DNA of 64,000 nt from an uncultured Gemmatimonadaceae bacterium. Lineage in GTDB: Bacteria; Gemmatimonadota; Gemmatimonadetes; Gemmatimonadales; Gemmatimonadaceae. The stretch covers positions 1,056,001 through 1,120,000 of the forward strand of contig CAWFQK010000002.1 of the NCBI GenBank assembly GCA_963817955.1, read 5' to 3'. Positions 19,723 through 28,866 of the stretch are shown here, one piece after another; position 1 is the first letter of the stretch; every line of letters starts with the position of its first letter. A program made the position numbers and the translations under genes. The notes beneath the pieces are model-generated. The model was not told the DNA's origin. It did not search any database and was given only the letters and a program-made list of their open reading frames with translations.

Positions 19723-20334
19723 GTGGATACCGACCACGCCTCGATGACCGCTGCGACCACATTCGGAATCTCGTACGGCGTGGCGTCAGTGGCTGACGGC
19801 AAGTCGGAAGAACGGGCGCTCGTGATTGCGGCGCAGCACGGAACCAGCGATGCGTTTGCATCACTGGTTCGGCTACATCAACGTCGGGCGTATGCGGTAT
19901 GTCGCGCGATCGTGGTCACTCACGAGGACGCGGAGGACGCCGTTCAGGAAGGGTTCCTCCACGCATTCAAGGCGTTGGATCGTTTTCTTCCTGATCAGCC
20001 GTTCGGCGCTTGGCTGTACCGCATCATGGCCAATGCGTCGCTGGACCTGGTGCGGCGGCGGAAGGTCCGCGATGCGGACGAGCTGCCGGAAACCATTCCG
20101 ATGCCGTTCCGGGATCCCGGAGAAGCGGACGAGTTGCGGCGGCGCCTCAATCAGGCGCTGACGAAGCTCACCGAGCGGCAGCGATCAGTGATCGTGTTGC
20201 ACGACGTAGAAGGCTTCACGCACGGAGAAATTGGCGAGATGCTCGGAATACCGGAGGGCACGGCCCGCTCGGATCTGCATCACGCCCGAGCGGCACTGCG
20301 CCGCCTGTTGAAAGACGTTCGGAGCGACTTATGA
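19723..20334 (+). CDS. ECF sigma factor
   Basis: Region 2 (DAEDAVQEGFL, FGAWLYRIMAN) and region 4 (EGFTHGEIGEMLGIPEGTARSDLHHAR). Alternative start at 19744. Confidence 0.93.
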   Translation: MDTDHASMTAATTFGISYGVASVADGKSEERALVIAAQHGTSDAFASLVRLHQRRAYAVCRAIVVTHEDAEDAVQEGFLHAFKALDRFLPDQPFGAWLYRIMANASLDLVRRRKVRDADELPETIPMPFRDPGEADELRRRLNQALTKLTERQRSVIVLHDVEGFTHGEIGEMLGIPEGTARSDLHHARAALRRLLKDVRSDL

Positions 20335-20735
20335 CCGACATTCGGCTCTTCTCACGCGACGATGACGAGGTAGTGCGCGGGCTTCGCTCGCTGTACGCGG
20401 CCCCGGCCGGCGACGCGTATTGGAATGAGCTCGAGGCCCGGATCATGTCGCGCGTCGCCGACGTAGAACTGGGTTGGTGGACGGAGCTCGATCGCTGGGT
20501 TCGTCCGGCGATCGCCGCCGCCGCCGTGTTGTTGCTCACTGCCGGGATCGCGATGTTCCGTGCGCGGCAGTCCGAAAATGAAATAGCCATAGACAGTATG
20601 TTGTCCTCTCCGTCGGTTCCGGTATCGACCGCAATTCGTCCGGCGCTGCAAGACGATCGGGAAGCGCGAATCCGCTACCTGTTCGGGTGTACATCCCAGG
20701 AGCCCTCATGCAGCGCCCAAAACAACAAGCGCTGA
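20331..20735 (+). CDS. Putative membrane anti-sigma factor
   Basis: ATGA overlap with the sigma gene; single TM helix (PAIAAAAVLLLTAGIAMF). Function inferred from position. Confidence 0.6.
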   Translation: MTDIRLFSRDDDEVVRGLRSLYAAPAGDAYWNELEARIMSRVADVELGWWTELDRWVRPAIAAAAVLLLTAGIAMFRARQSENEIAIDSMLSSPSVPVSTAIRPALQDDREARIRYLFGCTSQEPSCSAQNNKR

Positions 20736-21100
20736 TGTTTCTGCTCGGCGCCGTCCTCGTGGGCGGCGCCCTCGGCGCCTCGGCCGATCGATATGTCGTG
20801 CACGACCGGTTCGCGTCCCAGTTCGGGCCGCGCCCGCGCTTCTACGACGTCCTCGGGCTGTCGGACCAGCAGCGCGCGACGCTCGACTCGCTCACATTCG
20901 CCCGCGAGTGCGAAATCAAGGCGGTGCTCGCACCCCATGATTCCGCCGTTCGCGCAATTCGGCGACGCTTTTATATGCAGCGCGATTCCCTTCTCACAGC
21001 CGAACAGAAGGCGCTGTTCAACCAGCGCAGACAGGAAGCTGAAAAACGGTTTAAGGCCGAAACGGCCAAGGAGCCCAAGAGGCAATGCTCAGGAAACTGA
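20708..21100 (+). CDS. Helical periplasmic protein, Spy/CpxP-like
   Basis: N-terminal TM/signal; two LTxxQ-like motifs (LGLSDQQ, LLTAEQK). Confidence 0.6.
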   Translation: MQRPKQQALMFLLGAVLVGGALGASADRYVVHDRFASQFGPRPRFYDVLGLSDQQRATLDSLTFARECEIKAVLAPHDSAVRAIRRRFYMQRDSLLTAEQKALFNQRRQEAEKRFKAETAKEPKRQCSGN

Positions 21101-22386
21101 TCACACTGCTCGCTGCGCCGATGGTCGTTGGCGCACAGCAGATGACCGATACGACCTTTCATCCGATCACCAGCGCCGAGGCCGTGCGACTGGCGAAATC
21201 GAACAACGTGAGCGCCATCCAGGCAGCGAACGCGACTCGCACTGCGGTGAACGCCGTGCGGGCGGCGCAGGCACAGCTCTACCCTACCCTCACAGCGACG
21301 GCGGGTCAGAGCAAGAGCGCAGGGCAACGCCTCGGCCAGAGCGGCCAACCCGTCGATTATACCTCGTCATGGACCTATAGCACCGGGTTGAGCACGGGAT
21401 TCACGCTCTTCGACGGCGGCAAGACCTTCGCTGACGTGCGCGCCCGCAGGGCAGATGTGGCCTCGCAGGAGGCGAACGAAACGACCACGGCGTACAGCCT
21501 CGCGCTTCAGGTCAAAACACAGTACAACTCTATCCTCGCGGCAAATGAGCAGTATGCCGCGGGACAAGCGCAGTTAGCACTCGCGCAACAGCAGCTCGCC
21601 GTTTCCATCGCCAAGGTCAATGCCGGCGCGGCGAACGTCTCCGATTCGCTCCGGAGCGTGGTAACCGTTGGAACCGCGCAACTCGCGATCTTGAACGCAC
21701 AGCAGTCTCTGGTAACCGCCAGTGCCGCGCTCACGCGTCTCGTCGGCACGCCGTACCTCGTGACGGCCATGCCAGCCGATACCGGCGATCACCGTAGCGC
21801 ACCGCTCGACAGCATCGCGCTCCTCCAAATGGCACTCGGCGGTCCGGTGATCAAGCAATCGCAAGCGGCGGTGAATTCGTCCGACGCTTCTATCCGGTCT
21901 GCCAAGGCGGCGTACCTGCCGTCGATCTCGGTGAGCATGAGCCTGGGCGGCAACGGGACTGGCACCTACGGCCTGAACAGCGATCCATTTCCATACAACC
22001 GCTCGGTCGGATTGAACCTCAACTATCCGCTGTTCAACCGCTTCTCGCGCGAGAACCAGGTGGCGTCGGCGCAGATCTCCTTGGCCAACGCAGAGGCGAC
22101 CCTCCGCGACCAGCGGCTCGCGGCGCAGCAGACCATCATCACGCAGCTCGGCCTCATGCGGAACGCGGAAGCGCAGGTCCTCGTGCAACAGACCAGCGTG
22201 CGTGCGTCGGAAGAAGATCTTCGTGTCAACCAGCAGCGCTATCAGCTGGGGGCCGGTACGCTCCTCGATGTGCTGACCTCGGAGTCGAGCCTGATCACGG
22301 CTCGCCAACAGCTCATCCAAGCGCGGCTCAACTATCGTAACGCCCGCGCGCAGATCGAAGCGGTCATCGGCAAGGACCTGCCGTAA
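21085..22386 (+). CDS. TolC family outer membrane efflux protein
   Basis: Signal peptide; duplicated OEP repeats (AQLYPTL...TLFDGG; AAYLPSI...PLFN); RYQLGAGTLLDVL. Confidence 0.92.
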   Translation: MLRKLITLLAAPMVVGAQQMTDTTFHPITSAEAVRLAKSNNVSAIQAANATRTAVNAVRAAQAQLYPTLTATAGQSKSAGQRLGQSGQPVDYTSSWTYSTGLSTGFTLFDGGKTFADVRARRADVASQEANETTTAYSLALQVKTQYNSILAANEQYAAGQAQLALAQQQLAVSIAKVNAGAANVSDSLRSVVTVGTAQLAILNAQQSLVTASAALTRLVGTPYLVTAMPADTGDHRSAPLDSIALLQMALGGPVIKQSQAAVNSSDASIRSAKAAYLPSISVSMSLGGNGTGTYGLNSDPFPYNRSVGLNLNYPLFNRFSRENQVASAQISLANAEATLRDQRLAAQQTIITQLGLMRNAEAQVLVQQTSVRASEEDLRVNQQRYQLGAGTLLDVLTSESSLITARQQLIQARLNYRNARAQIEAVIGKDLP

Positions 22387-22422
22387 TCCTTACTCTCGAC
22401 CGAGCACAACCAGCAGACCTCG

Positions 22423-22453
22423 GCAGGCACACCGGCCTTTGCGGTGTGCCTGC
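22423..22453 (+). terminator. Hairpin in the tolC-adaptor spacer (possible internal terminator or processing site)
   Basis: gcaggcacaccg-N7-cggtgtgcctgc, a 12-bp stem followed by ttcgtatt. Confidence 0.5.
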
Positions 22454-22581
22454 TTCGTATTCAGCTCCGGCGGCTTCGTTCTCTACTTCCAGCAGAATGC
22501 GCCGCCACCGCGTAATCTTGGATAGACAGTCCGACCAGTACGCGGCCATCCTACCAGGCCGACTTCAGGAGACAGACCCAC

Positions 22582-24534
22582 GTGAGACGATATCTCGGAG
22601 CGGCCCTGCTCATCGCCGCCGCCGCCTGCGCCAAGAAGCAATTGGCGCCGACCGTGCAGACCGCTACCGTCACCAACCGCGACATCATTGTCGACGCGCA
22701 GGCGAACGGTGCGATCGAGCCGATCGCAATCATCGAAGTGAAATCGAAGGCGTCTGGCATGATCACGCAGATGACCGTCGAAACAGGCACGCATGTGAAT
22801 CCGGGCGACCTGCTCGTGCAGATCGACACGCGAGACGTGCAGAATCGGTTCGATCAGGCCAAGGCCTCGCTCGATGCCGCACAGGCAAAGCTTTCGGTGG
22901 CGGAGAGCGACAAGAAGCGCAATGAGGAAATGTTCAAGGCGCGCGTCATCACGCCGCAGGAGTTCGACCAGGTCGCGGTGAGCTACGAGAACGCCAAGTC
23001 GTCCGTGGTCAGCGCCAAGGCGAACCTCGATCTCGCCAAGCAGAGTCTGGAGGACGCGACCGTCCGCGCGCCGAGCGAAGGCACGATCATCGACAAGACC
23101 GTGTCCGTGGGCACCGTGATCGCCTCGGCCACCGGTTCGGTGAGCGGCGGCACGACCATCGTGAAGATGGCGGACCTCGGCGTCGTGCGCATTCGCGCGC
23201 TATTCAACGAGACTGACATCGGCAACGTGCATCCCGGCGAGCCGGCGAACGTCACGGTAGATGCATATCCCGATCGGCGTTTCAGCGGTGTGGTTGAGAA
23301 GATCGAGCCGCAGGCGGTGATCCAGCAGAACGTGACGATGTTTCCCGTGTTGGTGAACTTGCAGAACGCTGAAGGGCTGCTCAAGCCAGGCATGAACGGC
23401 GAAGTGTCGGTTCTGATCGATGAACGTGACGGAGTGCTAGCCATTCCCAACGATGCGATCAAGAATCCACGGGAAGCCGCGGCCACGGGAGCAATGCTCG
23501 GCCTGAACAGCGACACGATACAGGCAGAGCTCAAGGCACAGGGATTCAGCGGCGGGAATCGAGGCGGCTTTGGCGGAGGGTCCGGCAATGGCGGCGGCGG
23601 TCGTCGGGGCGGTGGTGCTGGTGGCCCCGGTGGCGCTGGCGGTCCTGGTAGCCCTCCTGCTGCTGGCGGCACGAGCGGAAGTGCCGGTGGTGAGGTGGCA
23701 CTGATGGATCCGGTCCAGCAGGGCGGCTTCCAGAGCGGTCAGGGCGGCGGCGGGTATGGCATGCAGGTGTCGGACGCCGACTGCAAGAAAGTCGATGACG
23801 TGCTCAAGGCGCACCCAAAGGAGAAGAAGCAACTCGAAACGTTGCGCGCCAAGCTTACGGCGCTGCGCCCGGCAGGCGGCCGTGGCGGCAATAGTCGTGG
23901 CGGAGCAAATGGTGGCGGAGGATTTGGCGGCGGGAGCCGAACGCGCGGTGACAGTGCCGGCGGCGGCGGGGCGCGCCGCGGAGCGAACGGCGGGGGTGGC
24001 TTCGGCGGCGGGAACCGGACGCGTGGCGACAGCGCCGGTGGCAGTGGGCGTCGTGGCGGCGGCGGAAGCCCCGAAATGCAAGCGATCTCTGAGCAGATGC
24101 GCGCCATCTACACCGCGTTGAATATCGATGCTCGTACTGCTGGCGGGTGCGCGCGGCGGCAGCAGGGCGGCGGGAACGCCGCGGCGGGTGCGGGCACGCA
24201 ACGCGGTCAGCGCGGCGGTATGACGGCGGCGCCTGAGATGGGCGCGCGGCCACAGCGCACGCGCACCGGCCTGGTGTTCGTCTCGGATAGTACCAAGACG
24301 ATCTTCCATCCGCGCATTGTACGCCTGGGCCAGGGCAACCTCGATTACACCGAAGTGGTTGACGGCTTGAAGAGCGGTGAACGCGTCGTCATGCTGGGTG
24401 CGCTCGCGCTGCAGGCGCAGCGTCTGCAGCAACAAGACCGGATGCGGCAGAACGCCAGTCCGCTTGGCGGCCAGCAGGGTCCGGGCGGCGGCGGCGCCCC
24501 GCGTGGTGGTGGCGGCGGCGGCCGGGGAGGCTGA
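22582..24534 (+). CDS. MacA-like efflux periplasmic adaptor lipoprotein with a long Gly-rich insertion
   Basis: Lipobox AAA-C; EVKSKASG, VRAPSEGTI, NETDIG, VDAYPD, LKPGMN; C-terminal EVVDGLKSGERVV. Confidence 0.9.
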   Translation: MRRYLGAALLIAAAACAKKQLAPTVQTATVTNRDIIVDAQANGAIEPIAIIEVKSKASGMITQMTVETGTHVNPGDLLVQIDTRDVQNRFDQAKASLDAAQAKLSVAESDKKRNEEMFKARVITPQEFDQVAVSYENAKSSVVSAKANLDLAKQSLEDATVRAPSEGTIIDKTVSVGTVIASATGSVSGGTTIVKMADLGVVRIRALFNETDIGNVHPGEPANVTVDAYPDRRFSGVVEKIEPQAVIQQNVTMFPVLVNLQNAEGLLKPGMNGEVSVLIDERDGVLAIPNDAIKNPREAAATGAMLGLNSDTIQAELKAQGFSGGNRGGFGGGSGNGGGGRRGGGAGGPGGAGGPGSPPAAGGTSGSAGGEVALMDPVQQGGFQSGQGGGGYGMQVSDADCKKVDDVLKAHPKEKKQLETLRAKLTALRPAGGRGGNSRGGANGGGGFGGGSRTRGDSAGGGGARRGANGGGGFGGGNRTRGDSAGGSGRRGGGGSPEMQAISEQMRAIYTALNIDARTAGGCARRQQGGGNAAAGAGTQRGQRGGMTAAPEMGARPQRTRTGLVFVSDSTKTIFHPRIVRLGQGNLDYTEVVDGLKSGERVVMLGALALQAQRLQQQDRMRQNASPLGGQQGPGGGGAPRGGGGGGRGG

Positions 24535-24538
24535 TCAC

Positions 24539-25759
24539 ATGCTTATTGGCGAAATCATAAGCGTTGCTGTCGGAGCGCTCAGGGCCAACAAGCTCCGCTC
24601 GCTGCTGACGATGCTCGGCATCGTCATCGGCGTCGGCGCGGTAATCGCGGTCGTCGCGCTCGGAACGGGCGCGCAGCAGGCAGTGAAGGATCGCATCGCG
24701 GCGCTCGGCACAACGTTGCTGACGGTCAATCCCGGCCAGCAACGCGGCGGCGGCGTAGCGATCGCTGGCGGTCAGCAGCGCCTGCTGGTCGAGGACGCGA
24801 AGGTCGTCGACGAGCGCGCCACGACGTTGCTCGCGGTGCAACCCGAGATGCGCTCGCAACAGCAAGTGGTGTGGGGCAACAAGAATGCGAGCACCACCAT
24901 CATCGGCACGACGCCGAACTACCTCGATGTGCGCAAGTACACACTCAAGGTGGGTCGGATGTTCACCGCCGCGGACGATGAAGGCCGGCAGCGCGTCGCG
25001 GTGCTCGGCTCCGCGGTCGTGGACAACATGGGCATCACCACGCCTGAAGCGTTGATCGGGGAGTCGGTTCGTATTCGAGGCACCCAGTTCACTGTCATCG
25101 GCGTGCTGGCAAGCAAGGGCACGGCAAGCGCCTTTCAGAATCCCGATGATCAAGTATTGGTTCCGATTCAGACGGCGCGGTTTCGCGTGAACGGCTCGGA
25201 TCGGCTCGCGTCGATCAGCGCCCTCGCCGAAAGCGAAGAGAAGATTCCCGATGCCATGGCGGACATCCAGCGTGTTCTGCGCCGCCAACATAGAATCCGT
25301 CAGGGCGCGCCCGACGACTTCCAGATTCGCAACCAGTCCGACATTCTGGCGACGACGCAGGAGACGACGCAGGTGATGACGTACCTGTTGTCCGGCATCG
25401 CGGCCGTGTCGCTGCTGGTCGGCGGCATCGGCATCATGAACATCATGCTCGTTTCCGTCACTGAGCGCACCCGCGAAATTGGTATTCGCAAAGCGCTCGG
25501 CGCTACGAAGTTCAATATCCTGCTTCAGTTTCTCATCGAAGCAGTGGTGCTGTGCATCCTCGGGGGGGTGGTCGGCATCGCACTGGGCGCTGGCGGCGCG
25601 GCCGTGATGAGCAAGACCGCCGGTTGGTCGACGCAGGTCTCGTCCGCCGCGGTGGTGATGGCCTTCGCGTTTTCGGCCTTCGTCGGTGTAGCATTCGGCG
25701 TCTGGCCCGCGCGACGTGCGGCGGGCCTCGATCCGATCGTGGCGCTCAGATACGAATAG
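24539..25759 (+). CDS. MacB/FtsX-family ABC transporter permease (no ATPase domain)
   Basis: RSLLTMLGIVIGVGAVI, VGGIGIMNIMLVSVTERTREIGIRKALGA, DPIVALRYE. Confidence 0.95.
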   Translation: MLIGEIISVAVGALRANKLRSLLTMLGIVIGVGAVIAVVALGTGAQQAVKDRIAALGTTLLTVNPGQQRGGGVAIAGGQQRLLVEDAKVVDERATTLLAVQPEMRSQQQVVWGNKNASTTIIGTTPNYLDVRKYTLKVGRMFTAADDEGRQRVAVLGSAVVDNMGITTPEALIGESVRIRGTQFTVIGVLASKGTASAFQNPDDQVLVPIQTARFRVNGSDRLASISALAESEEKIPDAMADIQRVLRRQHRIRQGAPDDFQIRNQSDILATTQETTQVMTYLLSGIAAVSLLVGGIGIMNIMLVSVTERTREIGIRKALGATKFNILLQFLIEAVVLCILGGVVGIALGAGGAAVMSKTAGWSTQVSSAAVVMAFAFSAFVGVAFGVWPARRAAGLDPIVALRYE

Positions 25760-25787
25760 GACGTAGCCACTCGTTGTTGGTGAGTTC

Positions 25788-25826
25788 GAAAGCCGGCGCG
25801 ACAATGTCGCGCCGGCTTTCTATTTC
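25788..25826 (+). terminator. Intrinsic terminator after the efflux locus
   Basis: Perfect 16-bp inverted repeat gaaagccggcgcgaca-a-tgtcgcgccggctttc, followed by tattt. Confidence 0.85.
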
Positions 25827-25922
25827 ATGGAAACGGCCTCTCAGCGGAACACCCTGCCCATCGCCACCGGGCGGACGTGGGCTTCGATTCATCATGCAGG
25901 TCCCCATGCCGAAGAGCTTGCG

Positions 25923-25967
25923 CCGATATAACGCCCGATATATCGTAACAGACAACCGATATATCGG
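25923..25967. promoter_or_regulatory. Tandem palindromic operator boxes (CGATATATCG), probable PadR autoregulatory sites
   Basis: cgatatatcg at 25936-25945, ccgatatatcgg at 25956-25967 and a degenerate ccgatataacg at 25923-25933, ending 8 bp before the padR ATG. Confidence 0.75.
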
Positions 25968-25975
25968 AGATTCGT

Positions 25976-26572
25976 ATGTGCGGACCGTTTGGATTTGCCT
26001 TTGGGGCAGCGAGTTGCGGGGAGCGGCGCGGCCGCTGGAATTGGGAATCGTTCGCCGAAGGGCTTGGCGGCCCGCAGCGCGGCCGCGGTCACTGGCGCGG
26101 GCGCGCCGCTCGCCTGTTTGAGCAAGGCGACCTGAAGTACGTCATTCTCCGCCTGCTCGAAGAAAAGCCGCGGCATGGCTACGACATCATCAAAGAGCTG
26201 GAGAGCCGGTTTGGCGGGTCGTATGCGCCGAGCCCAGGCACTGTCTATCCAACACTGACAATGCTCGAGGATCTCGGCTTCGCACGTGTGGTGCCCGAAG
26301 AAGGTGGCAAGAAGATCTTCGAGATCACCGACGAGGGAAGAAAGCACCTCGCCGAGCACAGCACGACAGTGAATGATATCTTCGACCGTATTGCCCGGTT
26401 CGTCGAGGGGTTCACTGACACCCCAATGACCGAGTTGAACCAGGCTTTTCAGAGACTCGCTCGCGCCACATACAAGACAGCAACGTCCCATATTAATGAC
26501 AAAGATAGGCTCGACAAACTGCGAGAGATCCTCCAGCGAGCGGCAGACGAGATGGAAGCAGCAACGAAGTAG
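25976..26572 (+). CDS. PadR family transcriptional regulator (YqjI-like)
   Basis: GDLKYVILRLLEEKPRHGYDIIK, PSPGTVYPTL, ITDEGR. Confidence 0.93.
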   Translation: MCGPFGFAFGAASCGERRGRWNWESFAEGLGGPQRGRGHWRGRAARLFEQGDLKYVILRLLEEKPRHGYDIIKELESRFGGSYAPSPGTVYPTLTMLEDLGFARVVPEEGGKKIFEITDEGRKHLAEHSTTVNDIFDRIARFVEGFTDTPMTELNQAFQRLARATYKTATSHINDKDRLDKLREILQRAADEMEAATK

Positions 26573-26638
26573 TTGCCACCTAAGCACTTGCCGCCCGTCC
26601 CACGCTGGACGGGCCACCGCCAGCCGCTAGATTCATCG

Positions 26639-26669
26639 ATGGGTCGCGAATTTCTTCGCGACCCATTTT
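26639..26669 (+). terminator. Intrinsic terminator between padR and kup
   Basis: atgggtcgcgaa-tttc-ttcgcgacccat followed by ttt. A second hairpin (gcccgtcc/ggacgggc) lies at 26593-26614. Confidence 0.75.
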
Positions 26670-26739
26670 GCGTAATGCCGTTGCGTTCGTCTGCTCCGGA
26701 ACTTCACGCGATCAAGCGGGTTCGCCCGCAGCTCTTTAC

Positions 26740-28824
26740 ATGACAGCCACGTCCTCCGACGCCACCGACTCACCGGGTGATCCCCGATCCAATCAGGCGC
26801 AGCCAACGCACGAAAGCCAACCCGGTAGTGTCCTTCCTCCAGCCTCGACGGTGACGAGCGGATTTCACGCCGCGGTACCGCAGCGGCAGCACGTCGAGAC
26901 ACACCCTACCGGTAAGCGGCTCGGGCTGCTTTCCCTCACGGCGCTCGGCATCGTCTACGGCGACATCGGCACCAGCCCGTTGTACGCGCTGCAGCAATGC
27001 TTCTCGTCGAAGGAATTCGCGATGCATCCGACGACGGAAAACGTCTTCGGCATTCTGTCGCTGATCGTCTGGCTCCTCATTCTCGTCGTCGCGGTCAAGT
27101 ACATCGTCTTCATCATGCGCGCCGACAACCGCGGTGAAGGGGGCATCCTTGCGCTGATGGCCCTCATTCTCCAGCAGGAGCGCCGCAGTACCGACTCGCG
27201 GCGCCGGCTGATCCTCATCTCGCTCGGACTCTTTGGAGCGGCGCTCCTCTATGGCGACGGCATCATCACGCCAGCCATCTCAGTGCTATCGGCGGTCGAG
27301 GGTTTGCACGTCGCGACGCCGGCCTTCGACCAGTACATCGTCCCGATGTCGGTCGTCATCCTATTCGCCCTGTTCACCGTCCAGCGGTTCGGCACGCGCC
27401 GCGTCGGCACCGCGTTTGGGCCGATCATGCTGCTCTGGTTCACGACGATCGGTGCGCTCGGCATCGTCGAGGTCGTGCGCGAGCCACGGATCCTTGGTGC
27501 ATTGAACCCGTGGCATGGCGTGAACTTCTTCATCGCCAATGGTCGCGTTGGATTTCTCACCCTCGGTGCGGTCGTGCTCGCGGTCACCGGCGCCGAGGCG
27601 CTGTATGCGGACATGGGCCACTTCGGCACACGTCCGATCCGCCTCGCATGGTTCGCGCTCGTGCTGCCCGCGCTCCTGATCAATTACTTGGGCCAGGGCG
27701 CGCTGCTCATTCGCGACCCCAGTGCCGTCGTCAACCCGTTCTTTCATCTTGCGCCGCGCGCGATGCTCATTCCGCTCGTCGTGCTGGCGACTCTCGCCGC
27801 AGTCATCGCCTCCCAGGCGCTGATCTCGGGCGCGTTCTCCCTCACGCAGCAAAGCGTGCAACTCGGGTATTCGCCCCGCATGACGGTGGTGCACACATCG
27901 GCACAGGTCGCGGGACAGATCTTCATTCCCGAAGTGAACCGGCTGCTCATGATCGGGTGCCTCCTGCTCGTCATTTTCTTCAAGAGCTCACAGTCGCTCG
28001 GCGCCGCGTACGGCATTGCAGTCACGGGCACGATGGGCATCACGTCGCTCCTTTTCTACGTGGTGGCGCGTGGCCGGTGGAACTGGTCGCTGGGGCACAT
28101 TGTTCCGATCACGGCGGCGTTCCTGATGATCGACATCGGGTTGTTCTCGGCGAACATCATCAAGATCGAGTACGGCGGTTGGGTGCCGATCGCAATCGCG
28201 ATCCTGGTGTTCACGTTGCTCAGCACCTGGAAGACGGGCCGCCACCTCCTCAACCAAGCGCTGCACGCCGGTGCGCTACCACTCGACCTGTTCCTGGGCG
28301 ACGTCGGCCGTCGCAAGCCGTTGCGCGTCCCCGGCACCGCGGTATTCATGACGTCGTCGAATGACGGCGTGCCCGTCGTGCTCCTGCATCACCTGAAACA
28401 CAACAAGGTGCTGCACGAGCAGGTAATCCTCATGTCCGTACTGACCGAGGAAATTCCCGAGGCCAACGCGTTGGAGCGTGTCACGGTCGACAAGCTCGAA
28501 CACGGCTTCTATCGCGTGACGGCGCGTTACGGCTTCATGGAACAGCCAAACGTTCCGCAGATTCTGCAATTGGCGCGCGAATTCGGCATCACGGCCAAGC
28601 CGAACGACACAACGTTCTATCTCGGCCGCGAGCGCATCATCATATCCGACGGCGAGCGTAAACCGGGCACCCGTCGTGCCCCCGACGACATTGGCCTCCC
28701 TCGTATGGCGCGGTGGCGCAAGAAGTTGTTTGTTCTCATGTCGCGCAACGCCCGATCCGCCACCGAATTCTTCGGCATCCCGCCCAACCGCGTCGTCGAG
28801 CTGGGAGCGCAGGTGGAATTCTGA
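26740..28824 (+). CDS. kup: KUP/HAK potassium uptake transporter
   Basis: GIVYGDIGTSPLY, DNRGEGG, GDGIITPAISVLSAVEG, TGAEALYADMGHF, HHLKHNKVLH, NRVVELGAQV. Confidence 0.97.
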   Translation: MTATSSDATDSPGDPRSNQAQPTHESQPGSVLPPASTVTSGFHAAVPQRQHVETHPTGKRLGLLSLTALGIVYGDIGTSPLYALQQCFSSKEFAMHPTTENVFGILSLIVWLLILVVAVKYIVFIMRADNRGEGGILALMALILQQERRSTDSRRRLILISLGLFGAALLYGDGIITPAISVLSAVEGLHVATPAFDQYIVPMSVVILFALFTVQRFGTRRVGTAFGPIMLLWFTTIGALGIVEVVREPRILGALNPWHGVNFFIANGRVGFLTLGAVVLAVTGAEALYADMGHFGTRPIRLAWFALVLPALLINYLGQGALLIRDPSAVVNPFFHLAPRAMLIPLVVLATLAAVIASQALISGAFSLTQQSVQLGYSPRMTVVHTSAQVAGQIFIPEVNRLLMIGCLLLVIFFKSSQSLGAAYGIAVTGTMGITSLLFYVVARGRWNWSLGHIVPITAAFLMIDIGLFSANIIKIEYGGWVPIAIAILVFTLLSTWKTGRHLLNQALHAGALPLDLFLGDVGRRKPLRVPGTAVFMTSSNDGVPVVLLHHLKHNKVLHEQVILMSVLTEEIPEANALERVTVDKLEHGFYRVTARYGFMEQPNVPQILQLAREFGITAKPNDTTFYLGRERIIISDGERKPGTRRAPDDIGLPRMARWRKKLFVLMSRNARSATEFFGIPPNRVVELGAQVEF

Positions 28825-28866
28825 CCGAACGGTGAGAAGGTTACGAGCGGCAGCCCTGGTCCGCGC

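Noticed and set aside
26573..26739. Riboswitch (e.g. c-di-AMP) upstream of kup
   Set aside because: Only two simple hairpins; I could not see the conserved aptamer motifs. A padR terminator explains them. An Rfam scan would settle it.
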